Of a stretch of DNA of 64,000 nt, positions 38,155-47,816 are shown in pieces. Positions within the stretch are counted from its first letter, which is position 1; each line of letters opens with the position of its first letter. The position numbers and the translations under genes were made by a program. The stretch covers positions 10,022 to 74,021 of the IMG/VR virus record IMGVR_UViG_3300010375_000001, one strand, 5' to 3'. The notes beneath the pieces were generated by a model, which did not search any database, had not been told where the DNA came from, and saw only the letters and a program-made list of their open reading frames with translations. Source of the stretch: a virus.

Positions 38155-38802
38155 ATGACACCCGAACAGTTCGAAAAGTACATTAGCATTAAGCTACAGG
38201 AAAGTAAGCTAACTCAAAAGCGACTCGAAGAAAATTGCGCATTATTTGTTGATGTGACAAAGATTGCCCTTGAGATAATGCTACACGCTGGCATATCAAA
38301 ACTTCACGCGCTAACGGCAATGTATGGTCCCTTTATGGATTCTAAGTGTGAAGGCGAGGTGAATTTTTGGTGGACAGGATACATCCAAATGTATGACAGC
38401 TGTAAAATCCGCTATTCTATTGAGCTTGCCCGGCAATGGGTTAACGGCAACCAATGGTGCGAGGTGGGCATGAAGTACCCGACCTTTGATAAGGCGAAGT
38501 TCGTAAAGCGCTTTAAGCTCCAATATGTCGGACTGTATCCGGCTGATGGCGTTGAGTATGAGGTTTGGGAGAATCCGGGCCGGACCATGATGTGGTCATG
38601 TAGTCCAGGGAGCTTCGGTAAGGGAGGATACGCGGGCCTTGTCTTCGATACGTTTGATAGCGCGTATCAGTTCGTACAGTGGTTTATGTCTTCGCCTACT
38701 CACTATGTGAAAGACATCGATGTCTTTCACAATGGACTGGGCGGCCTCGGTGTTGAGCAGTACAAAACCATCCGCGAACGAGGTTCAGTAAGTGCAAGCT
38801 AA
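38155..38802 (+). CDS. Early hypothetical protein
   Basis: Shared leader. Confidence 0.6.
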   Translation: MTPEQFEKYISIKLQESKLTQKRLEENCALFVDVTKIALEIMLHAGISKLHALTAMYGPFMDSKCEGEVNFWWTGYIQMYDSCKIRYSIELARQWVNGNQWCEVGMKYPTFDKAKFVKRFKLQYVGLYPADGVEYEVWENPGRTMMWSCSPGSFGKGGYAGLVFDTFDSAYQFVQWFMSSPTHYVKDIDVFHNGLGGLGVEQYKTIRERGSVSAS

Positions 38803-38809
38803 CCACCCA

Positions 38810-38863
38810 CAGCGGGACCGTGGTCCTTCGGGATCGGCGAGGCATTCGAAGTGCCGCCCGCTG
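38810..38863 (+). ncRNA. tRNA-mimic element 8
   Basis: CAGCGGG/CCCGCTG + GGCA-TTCGAAG-TGCC; internal UUCG hairpin. Confidence 0.65.
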
Positions 38864-38884
38864 CTAATCAAAAACAAGTACATT

Positions 38885-39211
38885 ATGGTGGATGCGTCAA
38901 ACTTTTATATTAGGACTGATTGCACGTGGTCTTATCTATACTATGGCAATAGAGCCTATGATCTTTTTTCAGAACTGAAAAACACTTCTGGTATCGAGAT
39001 TGTCCGTCCTTATGCAAGTTCAAGCTATTATGCGGTAGATGCTGCCAAAAATGAAGTATACCGGCTTTCGAACCATTGGGGGCGCGTTGCGTCCTGTTTT
39101 TGGTTTTTAGACAAAGACCTACCGATTTGGCAGCTACGCCAGCGATTGTATGTAATTGCGAAAGCAAATTTTTCTGATTTTATTCAAAAACCACACCCGG
39201 TTGATTATTAA
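38885..39211 (+). CDS. Early protein (RLSNHWGRVASCFW motif)
   Basis: Motif recurrent in Bacteroidota proteins (recall). Confidence 0.6.
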   Translation: MVDASNFYIRTDCTWSYLYYGNRAYDLFSELKNTSGIEIVRPYASSSYYAVDAAKNEVYRLSNHWGRVASCFWFLDKDLPIWQLRQRLYVIAKANFSDFIQKPHPVDY

Positions 39212-39236
39212 CTAAAATTTTCAAAACTCTAAAACT

Positions 39237-39539
39237 ATGGCACACACTAAAGGACGTTGGTCATCGTATGAAGATGCTGTTACCGCTAAAGTAAAGGCAA
39301 GGGGGCGTATCGATGTTTCTCAAGTTGATATCTGCCATATGTACGACGACGATGGCATACCGCGCAGCGAGCAGCGGGATAACAAGAAGCTGATCAAAGC
39401 TGCGCCGGATATGTATAGGGCTTTGCAAGAGATCATTGATGTAATTGAATCAGGTGACCGTAAGGTAATGCGAATCATTCTGCTGAAAGCGTTGATGTAT
39501 GCCAAGGCCGGGCTGCGCAAAGCTCCGAAGCGAAAGTAA
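39237..39539 (+). CDS. Early protein (HTKGRW...LIKAAPDM)
   Basis: Common phage HTPGPW/LIAAAPEL-type family. Confidence 0.65.
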   Translation: MAHTKGRWSSYEDAVTAKVKARGRIDVSQVDICHMYDDDGIPRSEQRDNKKLIKAAPDMYRALQEIIDVIESGDRKVMRIILLKALMYAKAGLRKAPKRK

Positions 39540-39543
39540 CTAA

Positions 39544-39589
39544 TAGCGGGCCGCACTACAGGTGCAGACATTCGCCATGTCACCCGCTG
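39544..39589 (+). ncRNA. tRNA-mimic element 9
   Basis: TAGCGGG/CCCGCTG + GACA-TTCGCCA-TGTC; D-like GCAC/GTGC. Confidence 0.65.
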
Positions 39590-39608
39590 CGAACTAAAAA
39601 CTAGTAAG

Positions 39609-39875
39609 ATGAAATCAACGCTTAGATTGAAAGTGTCTATCAAGGTAGGCACGGCAAAGGCGATGGAAAAATGGTATCGCGATTTATTCCATGCCTGTGA
39701 CAAAAAGAGGATTGATGTCGTCCGGGAGCTGGTAACGATGGAGGAGAACCAGCGGCGGGCCGGTGATTGGAATTGGGGGGCCGAATGTTTCGATGCCGAG
39801 TTCATTACGGAGAAAGACGATCTATTGCATCGGGCATTCCTGTTAGTGGAGGCCGCGAAGATGGGCAAGCAATAG
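39609..39875 (+). CDS. Early hypothetical protein
   Basis: Shared leader. Confidence 0.6.
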   Translation: MKSTLRLKVSIKVGTAKAMEKWYRDLFHACDKKRIDVVRELVTMEENQRRAGDWNWGAECFDAEFITEKDDLLHRAFLLVEAAKMGKQ

Positions 39876-39900
39876 CCCATTTTTAATCCCTACCCCCGTA

Positions 39901-39945
39901 CAGCGCGCTGACTTCGGTGTCTACCCTTCGATGCGGGGCGCGCTG
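39901..39945 (+). ncRNA. tRNA-mimic element 10
   Basis: CAGCGCGC/GCGCGCTG + CCC-TTCGATGC-GGG. Confidence 0.55.
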
Positions 39946-39961
39946 GCTAAAACACAACTAT

Positions 39962-40318
39962 ATGAGTTACGATCTTAAACTGAAAGACCCGCTAACAGGC
40001 GAAACCATCCTGTTAGCGGAGGACCATCACATAACAGGTGGTACATACGCACTTGGTGGAACAAAAGAAGCGTGGATTAATATTACTTATAACTACGGTG
40101 GTATTTTTCGTCAGGTGCTTGGAGAAAATGGTATCCGAACGATTTACGGCATGACCGGTGCGGAAGCGCTGCCGCTCTTGGAAAAGGCCATCTATCAGCT
40201 AAAGAGTGATATGACGGACAACTACTGGGATGCGACTGAAGGTAATGCCAAGAAAGCGCTGCTAAATGTAGCTGCTTTATCCGCTCTTGCTCCCCAAGGG
40301 ATATGGAGCGGAGACTAA
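39962..40318 (+). CDS. Conserved phage protein (NITYNY motif)
   Basis: GGTYALGGT.EAWINITYNY...YWDATEGNAK. Confidence 0.7.
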   Translation: MSYDLKLKDPLTGETILLAEDHHITGGTYALGGTKEAWINITYNYGGIFRQVLGENGIRTIYGMTGAEALPLLEKAIYQLKSDMTDNYWDATEGNAKKALLNVAALSALAPQGIWSGD

Positions 40319-40356
40319 CCGCCTGACGGCGAAATTTTATAACTAAACTTACCCCA

Positions 40357-40572
40357 ATGAACAAGAAAGATGGAAGGCCTTTCTATGAGGCCTGTTATGA
40401 TGGTATGATGTCAACGGTAATCGAAATAACGGCGGATGATGTAAAATATGAATATCATACGGTGGACAACTATGAGTTTTTTTGGAGCCGAGCCAAAGCG
40501 GTGAGAGCATTGCGGGCAAGACTGCGCCGGGAGATTCGTGATCTTAAGTATTGCTTAAAGCATCTTCATTAA
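40357..40572 (+). CDS. Early hypothetical protein
   Basis: A-rich leader. Confidence 0.5.
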   Translation: MNKKDGRPFYEACYDGMMSTVIEITADDVKYEYHTVDNYEFFWSRAKAVRALRARLRREIRDLKYCLKHLH

Positions 40573-40594
40573 TTAGTAAACTAAAAACAAGTAT

Positions 40595-40786
40595 ATGAAA
40601 ACATTCGATTGTACAGTAATTTACGCGAGGCCTTCGCATTGGGGAGGCATTGAATCAAAACGCTGGCAATGTCGCATTCATGCAATTGACGAGTCAGCAG
40701 CCGAATCAATTGCTCCATTGTTAGTTGCAGATAAGACCTACCTATATACAATAATGGTAGAGGTTGAAGTAACAGTTATTCTCTAA
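40595..40786 (+). CDS. Early hypothetical protein
   Basis: AACTAAAAACAAG leader. Confidence 0.55.
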   Translation: MKTFDCTVIYARPSHWGGIESKRWQCRIHAIDESAAESIAPLLVADKTYLYTIMVEVEVTVIL

Positions 40787-40835
40787 AACGCCACAGTGGA
40801 CCGCCACGCATGCAGCTCGTGCGCTGCATGGCGTT
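40787..40835 (+). ncRNA. tRNA-mimic element 11
   Basis: AACGCCA/TGGCGTT + TGCAG-CTCGTGCG-CTGCA; D-like GTGG/CCAC. Confidence 0.65.
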
Positions 40836-40854
40836 CGAACCAAATCAGTATATT

Positions 40855-41238
40855 ATGGGTTACGAAACAAGGCTGTACATTGGCCTATTGCATGAGAAGA
40901 TGCTCGCGACTGATCCGGGTCGGTACGTTAGAAAGTTAGCGATGATCGAAATCGATGCTCCTATTTTCACTGGTACTTTCATTGAAGAAAAGGACAAGGA
41001 AGTGCCGGTCTATTTGATTGCCGATGGCGATGCAAACCCGGATGAAATGCTTGCCGATGATAAGTATGGAAGTCAGCTCTATGCGATCAATCCGCAGAAA
41101 ATTCAGGCGAAGCTATTAATCTTTCAAGGACTGAAAGAATATCCGATGGCCTTTGCAGCTGCGCAATTCCTGCGTTCTCTTATCATGGACTACGCGAAGA
41201 CGAGATGGGAACTTGTTTGCGTCTTGTATGGACACTGA
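40855..41238 (+). CDS. Early hypothetical protein
   Basis: ATG after element 11. Confidence 0.6.
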   Translation: MGYETRLYIGLLHEKMLATDPGRYVRKLAMIEIDAPIFTGTFIEEKDKEVPVYLIADGDANPDEMLADDKYGSQLYAINPQKIQAKLLIFQGLKEYPMAFAAAQFLRSLIMDYAKTRWELVCVLYGH

Positions 41239-41239
41239 A

Positions 41240-41287
41240 AACGCCAAGCGGATGGGCCGCGCGCCGGGATCGTGTCCCGGTGGCGTT
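41240..41287 (+). ncRNA. tRNA-mimic element 12
   Basis: AACGCCA/TGGCGTT + CCGGG-ATCGTGT-CCCGG; D-like GCGG/CCGC. Confidence 0.75.
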
Positions 41288-41305
41288 CTAACTAAAAACA
41301 AGTAT

Positions 41306-41557
41306 ATGACTGATCTAAAGTTCGTCGTCCGCTTGGGAGTGATTAACCCCGAAACGGAGGAACTGCAATCCATCGATATTTACATGGATGCGGGTGGTGT
41401 AATGGTTGGATTCGACTCTATACCTATCGCCAATGGGGATAGGCTATATTCCCCCTATGATAAAAAGGAGGTAACGCTGGAAGGCCAGGAGGCCATTAAG
41501 CAGCCGCGCCGCGAGTCGAATGCAAAGAAATATTCATCACTGCTGAAGAAATTATAG
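41306..41557 (+). CDS. Early hypothetical protein
   Basis: AACTAAAAACAAG leader. Confidence 0.6.
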   Translation: MTDLKFVVRLGVINPETEELQSIDIYMDAGGVMVGFDSIPIANGDRLYSPYDKKEVTLEGQEAIKQPRRESNAKKYSSLLKKL

Positions 41558-41598
41558 TAATAACATCAAACGTTTCCGGACCGTAACCGGACCACAAG

Positions 41599-42015
41599 AT
41601 GAAACACACAATAACGTTGCATCGCGTCACAACGGAAGTAATAGAAGTTGAGATTGAGGCAAAAACAATCAAGGCGGCTATACAAAAGGCAGAGAAAACA
41701 GCATTTGCCGAAAACGCTTTTGAAACCAACAAACCGGAAGTCAATAGCATCGACTATTATGTCTGGACAGAGCAGAGGAATCGAATGCCGGAAATACTCA
41801 TTACCGTTGATGGTGGCATCATCGATGAAATTATATCTACCACGCGCAATATCAAAGTCTCAGTTATTGACGACGATGACGAAGGTCGCTCGCCGGGAGA
41901 AAGCAAAATCCCCTATTTCCAAGCGCAACCGGATAGTATCGTTACGTTCGACCATATTAAAGCGATGTTGGAAGAGGCGGAAGACGAGCAACTGAATGAG
42001 CAAGATGAAGAATAG
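41599..42015 (+). CDS. Early acidic protein
   Basis: ORF after a T-arm-only hairpin. Confidence 0.6.
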   Translation: MKHTITLHRVTTEVIEVEIEAKTIKAAIQKAEKTAFAENAFETNKPEVNSIDYYVWTEQRNRMPEILITVDGGIIDEIISTTRNIKVSVIDDDDEGRSPGESKIPYFQAQPDSIVTFDHIKAMLEEAEDEQLNEQDEE

Positions 42016-42022
42016 AAGCTTT

Positions 42023-42066
42023 AACCCTGCTTGGAGCTACGGCCCGGATCGATGCCGGGCGGGGTT
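42023..42066 (+). ncRNA. tRNA-mimic element 13
   Basis: AACCCTG/CGGGGTT + CCCGG-ATCGATG-CCGGG; linker CTTGGAGC. Confidence 0.7.
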
Positions 42067-42084
42067 CTAAAAATGTAGATCATT

Positions 42085-42483
42085 ATGAATACAGTAAAAC
42101 GAACAGAAAAAGGCTGGGCGGGTCATTTCATATGTTCAAGATGGTGTTTATTTCGCCGCCATACACTCCTGGAATATGGTGATATAGCGATTACCGTTAG
42201 CACGGTGGGTAACCATCTTTCATATGATGAGAAAATGCAGGACCTTGGAATTGGACGTTATTTCGAAACGATGGTTTTTCACTCTGAGCCCGTTACGGTG
42301 GACAACCATTGGAAAGATGCGGATGTGAGCAAGCAGATTGCCATTCGTTCCAGGAGCACTATCGGTGAGCCGTGGAAGGAACAGGAGGCCAATGATATGC
42401 ATGAACGAATTGTTCAGGAGTTTGTCGATGACTTGCTGGCCGGGAATCGGTTTGAAATACCTGCCGATGACTACGATGAATAA
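42085..42483 (+). CDS. Conserved phage protein (GWAGHFIC..CLFRRHTL)
   Basis: Motif-rich ORF. Confidence 0.65.
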   Translation: MNTVKRTEKGWAGHFICSRWCLFRRHTLLEYGDIAITVSTVGNHLSYDEKMQDLGIGRYFETMVFHSEPVTVDNHWKDADVSKQIAIRSRSTIGEPWKEQEANDMHERIVQEFVDDLLAGNRFEIPADDYDE

Positions 42484-42736
42484 TAAAAATAAACTGTTTG
42501 ATATGGACCATCGGTGGACCAAAGGAAAATACGCGGCCTACCTCAACAAGGAGTATAGCAAGTGTACTTTGGAGCAAATTCATAGAAAGTTCAGCTATCT
42601 CTATGATTCGGTGGCTGGGGAAAATGCGCTTACGAGGGCGTGGGTGGGAGGCAGGGTGGGCAGTTATGTCGCTGATCATGATCCGGAGGCCTTTAACAAT
42701 TGGTACGAAAAATGGGTTGCACAAAAAAAACGTTAG
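42476..42736 (+). CDS. Early hypothetical protein
   Basis: Overlapping ATG. Confidence 0.5.
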   Translation: MNNKNKLFDMDHRWTKGKYAAYLNKEYSKCTLEQIHRKFSYLYDSVAGENALTRAWVGGRVGSYVADHDPEAFNNWYEKWVAQKKR

Positions 42737-42757
42737 CGGATCGTAACCGCGTGAAAT

Positions 42758-43003
42758 ATGAGAAGTATTAAAGTAGTAGTTACAGTGCTAAAGCTAAACG
42801 CTCAAGTAGCCATCGCCCACCAGTATGATATGGAAGGGTCTCAAGAAGTATCATCGAAACGGAAAATTCGGCGAGCTATTTCGCGATATATAGGCAATTA
42901 TGGAGAGTCCTGTGTGGATGACCGCCAAACAGAGAGTAGCAATGAGGCATGGGCTTTTGCAGAAAAGGCCTATGCTAAATATTTTAATAGTTTTAAACGA
43001 TAA
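42758..43003 (+). CDS. Early hypothetical protein
   Basis: After a T-arm-only hairpin. Confidence 0.5.
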   Translation: MRSIKVVVTVLKLNAQVAIAHQYDMEGSQEVSSKRKIRRAISRYIGNYGESCVDDRQTESSNEAWAFAEKAYAKYFNSFKR

Positions 43004-43006
43004 CAC

Positions 43007-43717
43007 ATGAAACAAAAACTAATCATCGCCATCGCTTTTTTGTTAGGCCTTGGCGTATTACCCGGTTATCTTATTGCGAAGCGCATCGTCTCTATGCGCG
43101 GCAAGAGTGAAGCCGCAGCAAAGCATACTGTCACCGACAACCCGCAGTATAACGAGCAGCTGAAGATATGGGGCGCGTATTGGGGGCCCCGTTCGATTGT
43201 TATGTTGGGTGACTCGCATATGTACAAATGTCACTGGGATGAGTTATTAAGCCGGGACAGCATCGCCAACCAGGGCATTGGCAGCGATATAACGGAAGGA
43301 TATCTGGCCCGTATTGGGTACGTTTTCGATGTGAAGCCCCGGATTTGTTTTATCGAGGGCGGGGGCAATGATATCGAGTATAAGATTGCGCCTGCGGAGA
43401 TCGTGGCCAATATCCAGCGGATCGTGGATACGTTGAAGCCGAAGGGCATTATCTGCGTGCTAACGACCGTTCCGTATGAGCTGAGCACGTTAGCCGGAGC
43501 GCAGCAATACAACGGGGCTATCGACGAGCTGAATGCACGTGTCAGGATGTATGCCTACAAAAACGGGCTGGACTACATCGATCTGAACGGGCTAACGGCA
43601 CGCGACGGAGCGCTCAACCCGGATGAGGCGCAGAATGACGGCGCACATCTCACCGCAGCCGCGTACGTGAATTGGAAGCTGGCAATGGAAAAGATTTTGA
43701 AAAAGTATAAATTGTAA
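43007..43717 (+). CDS. Membrane-anchored SGNH/GDSL esterase
   Basis: LGDSH, NQGIG, GGNDI, DGAH; N-terminal TM. Confidence 0.88.
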   Translation: MKQKLIIAIAFLLGLGVLPGYLIAKRIVSMRGKSEAAAKHTVTDNPQYNEQLKIWGAYWGPRSIVMLGDSHMYKCHWDELLSRDSIANQGIGSDITEGYLARIGYVFDVKPRICFIEGGGNDIEYKIAPAEIVANIQRIVDTLKPKGIICVLTTVPYELSTLAGAQQYNGAIDELNARVRMYAYKNGLDYIDLNGLTARDGALNPDEAQNDGAHLTAAAYVNWKLAMEKILKKYKL

Positions 43718-43719
43718 CA

Positions 43720-43974
43720 ATGGCTATGGTAATTACCCCATATCAGGGGATAAACGATGACTTTCTGGAACACCGGTTTGCGCGATGCATCAATTTATTT
43801 TTCGAAGGCAAACGCGAAGAATCTTTCGATGTCTTTCAACAGATGGATAAAAAAACACACGCTACATTTTTCGTATGCCTGGGCATAGCCATGCAAATGA
43901 ATAGTGAGAAGATGACCGGCATGTCGGCGGGAGAGGCGAATGAACTTTTTAAATATTATTTGGATAAAATTTAA
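43720..43974 (+). CDS. Hypothetical protein
   Basis: ORF in operon. Confidence 0.5.
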   Translation: MAMVITPYQGINDDFLEHRFARCINLFFEGKREESFDVFQQMDKKTHATFFVCLGIAMQMNSEKMTGMSAGEANELFKYYLDKI

Positions 43975-43980
43975 ACGTAA

Positions 43981-44023
43981 ACCGCGTGGTCTGGCCTATC
44001 CGGGATCGTAACCTGGACGCGGG
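43981..44023 (+). ncRNA. tRNA-mimic element 14
   Basis: CCGCGT/ACGCGG + CCGGG-ATCGTAA-CCTGG. Confidence 0.7.
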
Positions 44024-44051
44024 CAATCATTCTATAACCAATTTACCCATT

Positions 44052-45692
44052 ATGGCTACTCGAATTTTACCAACGCCAGACGAATTGGAGCAGGCGTTGC
44101 TTGCCCATATTTTGTCGCCTCCCGTTATCCGGATTGCCGTTATAGCTGCCACGCTTATGATAACCAATCAGGAGTTCCATAAGATATGGATGAGTCGTCA
44201 CACAACGAAGCCACACGATTGGTATATGGAAAAAAGGATGGAGGCAGCAGCTAAGCTGCTATTGGAAGGCAATACCATTGACGAAACAGCCCGCATCCTC
44301 GGTTATGCGAGTGTGGGCGGATTGCTTGTGCCATTCCGTACGCGATTCGGCAAATCGCCTACGGAATATATTGCTGAACATAGAGAGGCAGAGTCTTTAA
44401 TTAAGCATCGGGCCAAGGTAGTGGAAATGTCGAAGGTTGTGGCTATTAATGCGCGGCGCATCCGATGCGAAAAAAACTGGACGCAAGCTAAAGTAGCCAA
44501 AGCATTGGGCGTAGTCGCTAGCAAGTATACGCTACGAGAAAGTGGGGAAATGCTTTTTAGTCGCGAGCAGATCGAACGGCTTGCTAAAGCCTTGGAGGTA
44601 ACATCGGCCGACTTGCTGGAAGGTTTCGAAATTAACCAAAACAATAACCTTCAAATTGATTCTATGGCTGAAATGTCACTAGGCGTTGCGATAGGTAAGA
44701 ACCTACGGCGCATTCGCAAAGAGAAACAACTTACACTTAAAGACCTGGAAGACCTCACCGATATTGAGGCGTACAAACTGGATTATATGGAGGGAGGGGG
44801 GCATAAATTTAATAGGGTAATGATCGAGAAGCTGGCGATGGCTCTTGGTGTACCTCCCTCTGATTTGACGGAAGGGGCCGATCCTTCTCGCGATATCGCC
44901 CAGTTATACGAGACGTATAAAGGGCTATCTGTGGCTGACATTCGCCTTGTCGAAGATAGTGACCAGGAGGCCGACTTTGACCCAGAGCAGTTAGCAAAAG
45001 ATACCAGGAAAATGCTCGCGAGCGAAGAGAAAAGGAGTGTCCGACAAGTTATTCGGCCGGTGCCGAAGGAAACGGAGGAGCCCGACCTGGGCGCGGAAGA
45101 AGAAACGCCAGCACAGGCCAAAGAAGAGCCGGTAGCGCCTCCAGCGGAAACAGCCAGCCAGCCAACCGACCCCGGATCGGCGGCACAACTGTTAATCGAG
45201 TATACCAAGCAAACGCCACACCTTCAGGATATGGTAGAAAAGCTGTACAAGGCACGGCTGACAGATAAGATAACAGACCTGGCGTTATATGTGCAGCGCA
45301 AGCTGCTGCCTACGGTGATAGTAGCGTATGTATCCGATGAGGATAACAAAGTCAAGGCCGTTGAACGGGTTCGAACGATGAGCGAGGCGGAGAAGTTTAC
45401 CTATCTCCAATTTTGCGCACAAGGGTATGACACCTGGAAGGCGGCGTTGTTTCCGGAAGAGGAGCTGTCCCTGGGTGTGCTGATCGCGGCCAACACGGAG
45501 GCGGCGCTGGTGGCGGCGTTCGAGCTGGATAAACGCCGCGCCCTGGCCGACCTGCTACTGCCACTTATCAGATCCTCCTCCAGCCCTAGGGGAGTAGATA
45601 TGGGGCTGCTATCCATGGCGGTAGGAGAGTGGATAGAGGACCTGACCAAGGTACAGCAGGCGATTACGGAATATCTGGAAACAACCAAGTAA
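44052..45692 (+). CDS. AraC-HTH + two XRE-HTH fusion regulator
   Basis: RMEAAAKLL...FGKSPTEY; WTQAKVAKALG; LTLKDLEDLT. Confidence 0.75.
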   Translation: MATRILPTPDELEQALLAHILSPPVIRIAVIAATLMITNQEFHKIWMSRHTTKPHDWYMEKRMEAAAKLLLEGNTIDETARILGYASVGGLLVPFRTRFGKSPTEYIAEHREAESLIKHRAKVVEMSKVVAINARRIRCEKNWTQAKVAKALGVVASKYTLRESGEMLFSREQIERLAKALEVTSADLLEGFEINQNNNLQIDSMAEMSLGVAIGKNLRRIRKEKQLTLKDLEDLTDIEAYKLDYMEGGGHKFNRVMIEKLAMALGVPPSDLTEGADPSRDIAQLYETYKGLSVADIRLVEDSDQEADFDPEQLAKDTRKMLASEEKRSVRQVIRPVPKETEEPDLGAEEETPAQAKEEPVAPPAETASQPTDPGSAAQLLIEYTKQTPHLQDMVEKLYKARLTDKITDLALYVQRKLLPTVIVAYVSDEDNKVKAVERVRTMSEAEKFTYLQFCAQGYDTWKAALFPEEELSLGVLIAANTEAALVAAFELDKRRALADLLLPLIRSSSSPRGVDMGLLSMAVGEWIEDLTKVQQAITEYLETTK

Positions 45693-45703
45693 ACGAATGA
45701 CTC

Positions 45704-46147
45704 ATGAGTAATTATGATGTACTGAAGGGTGCTATTATAAATATGTTTACCCATTGGACGAATGGAAACAAGAATGCTTGCTACCGGGAATATTTTTCTT
45801 TAAATGTTGAGCAGCGGAAGATCATAGAGGAAACGCTAAGAAAAGGCTCCCGAGTATATCCAAGCCGAGCCCAGCGCAAGGATGCGCAGCAAATATTGTC
45901 AATGATAAAAAAGAACACTGATAAGGAGGCTCAATTGCTGACACACACGCTAAAGGAGCTTATGCAGTATTGGTTCTTAAGCAGTAGGGAGATATTTTAT
46001 AGCCACTATCTTGCGTTGGGGGAATTCGAAAAGCGTACAATAATAGAAGCCATTGAGGAGGTATTTGGTACAGATGAAAACGCGGAATTCAGACAGGCGG
46101 CGATAGACATACCGAAGTATATCAAGGAGAGGGCTTCGGGATTGTAA
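45704..46147 (+). CDS. Hypothetical protein (internal duplication)
   Basis: Two similar halves (W..G.K...Y..Y.SL..E.RKII.E). Confidence 0.55.
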   Translation: MSNYDVLKGAIINMFTHWTNGNKNACYREYFSLNVEQRKIIEETLRKGSRVYPSRAQRKDAQQILSMIKKNTDKEAQLLTHTLKELMQYWFLSSREIFYSHYLALGEFEKRTIIEAIEEVFGTDENAEFRQAAIDIPKYIKERASGL

Positions 46148-46173
46148 ACCAAGTAATTTTTAAAAACCAGCAA

Positions 46174-46812
46174 TTGATGGATCAATTAAAAAATGTTAGT
46201 AACGAAATTCCAGAGCGTTTCCCCTTTGAAAAGAGGAACTGGAAAGATTTAGATATGGATAAAATGATGGTCGAATATCAAGAAAAAGAACGATTACAGG
46301 CTCTCGGTATGTACGCCCATGTGAATTGGCAATGGGTAAGGCCGTTGGCCAAGTGGCTGGGCGAGCGAAGGGTATTAGAGGTTATGGCTGGCGCTGGATG
46401 GTTGGCAAAGGCGCTCAGGGAATGCGGCATATCGGTGGTTGCAACCGACGACTTTTCCTGGGGTGAGAAGAAAGGCTGGCAACTACAGACGGAAGTGGAA
46501 CAGCTAGAGGCATCTGCTGCCATTCTTAAATACGGGGAAGAGTGTGATATTCTTCTTATCTCTTGGCCTTGGATGGATGCTGATGCATACAACGCTCTCA
46601 CTAAATGGAACGAAGTCCATCCCGATGGATTAATCATCTATATAGGGGAGTATGGAGGAGGATGTACAGCCGATGATGACTTTCACGACCATTTTGAGAT
46701 GGTGAACGACAGCGGATTCGGAGAAGTGCAGGCTATCTATCGGCATTGGGATGGAATGCACGACCGCATTTACTTGGGAAAGTATTCATCTTTAAACGTT
46801 AGCGGATCGTAA
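46174..46812 (+). CDS. SAM-dependent methyltransferase-like protein
   Basis: VLEVMAGAGW, LLISWP, YIGE.GGCTA. Confidence 0.7.
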   Translation: MMDQLKNVSNEIPERFPFEKRNWKDLDMDKMMVEYQEKERLQALGMYAHVNWQWVRPLAKWLGERRVLEVMAGAGWLAKALRECGISVVATDDFSWGEKKGWQLQTEVEQLEASAAILKYGEECDILLISWPWMDADAYNALTKWNEVHPDGLIIYIGEYGGGCTADDDFHDHFEMVNDSGFGEVQAIYRHWDGMHDRIYLGKYSSLNVSGS

Positions 46813-46825
46813 CCGCGTATAGCTT

Positions 46826-47269
46826 ATGAGATCAATTTTAGTTTTTGCATTCAGCGCTATTCTGGTTGGGTCAGCGAATCTACCCCATCATCTTCAGGCC
46901 ACTAAGCGGATCGATTGTGTAGCCGACGATACGAGTGCGCGGCACGGTCACGATGTCGAGACAGAAAGTTCGTTAACCATTCTTATTGATCCAGCTGAAA
47001 AGCATCTTCGCTTGGCCGATAGCAGCTATAGGATTGATAGTGTCGTCCATCCTGGAAATGACTATTGGGTGTTGTTTACGAAGAAAGATCCAGCCGCGCC
47101 AACTAGTAAGGGCGACACGTTGGATTGGCGCTTTGATATCCGAACCGTTCCAACGAATCCGGGACACTTCCAGGTTGTTGTCAGAGGGGCGCACTGGATA
47201 ATCTTCAATGGCGAAAGCGTGTACAACACAGGTATCCTATATTACTTCGACTGCGTATCGAAAGATTAA
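46826..47269 (+). CDS. Secreted hypothetical protein
   Basis: Signal peptide. Confidence 0.55.
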   Translation: MRSILVFAFSAILVGSANLPHHLQATKRIDCVADDTSARHGHDVETESSLTILIDPAEKHLRLADSSYRIDSVVHPGNDYWVLFTKKDPAAPTSKGDTLDWRFDIRTVPTNPGHFQVVVRGAHWIIFNGESVYNTGILYYFDCVSKD

Positions 47270-47304
47270 TCTTAACGTTTCCGGACCGCAACCGGATCAA
47301 CAAT

Positions 47305-47799
47305 ATGCAATATGATAAGATGCTTGTTGGACAAGTAAAAATCTGCAATGATTTGCTGGAAGCAATGGGTCGAAAAGAGCGACTAAAATTAAGCGATGAC
47401 AAGAAGGGCAAATACGTAGTCATTGGCTATGACCAGCGAGGCAACGAAGTCCAAGCCGTAGGTGGTACAAGGAACGAGATGGAAGCATACCTGGGCGGCT
47501 TTACAGCGTGCGCCTCTATGTTTAAGGATGTGCGCTTTTTTCTATCGGAGGAAGATTTAGAGAAAATGGGGTTCACTGAAGTGAGCCAGTATTACGAGCG
47601 AATTGCTACTGAAAACGTCCATGATCCAGAGGTGGAGGGCGAGGCGGAAAAATCTTCGGAAAGAGTGCGGGGGCTATTTCAGGCTATGGACCTGGAGCAG
47701 CAAAGCGACTGCTTGCTCTATCTGTTCGATAGGGCCGATAAAACATCTGATATAATGTATCGCAGTGCTTTGGCGTGTTGCATTACGCACTTATATTAA
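47305..47799 (+). CDS. Hypothetical protein
   Basis: After a T-arm-only hairpin. Confidence 0.55.
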   Translation: MQYDKMLVGQVKICNDLLEAMGRKERLKLSDDKKGKYVVIGYDQRGNEVQAVGGTRNEMEAYLGGFTACASMFKDVRFFLSEEDLEKMGFTEVSQYYERIATENVHDPEVEGEAEKSSERVRGLFQAMDLEQQSDCLLYLFDRADKTSDIMYRSALACCITHLY

Positions 47800-47816
47800 C
47801 ATTAAACGTTGCCGAT

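Noticed and set aside
40317-40345. Second hammerhead (CTGACGG..CGAAA)
   Set aside because: The core is CTGACGG rather than CTGANGA, and stems II and III are absent.
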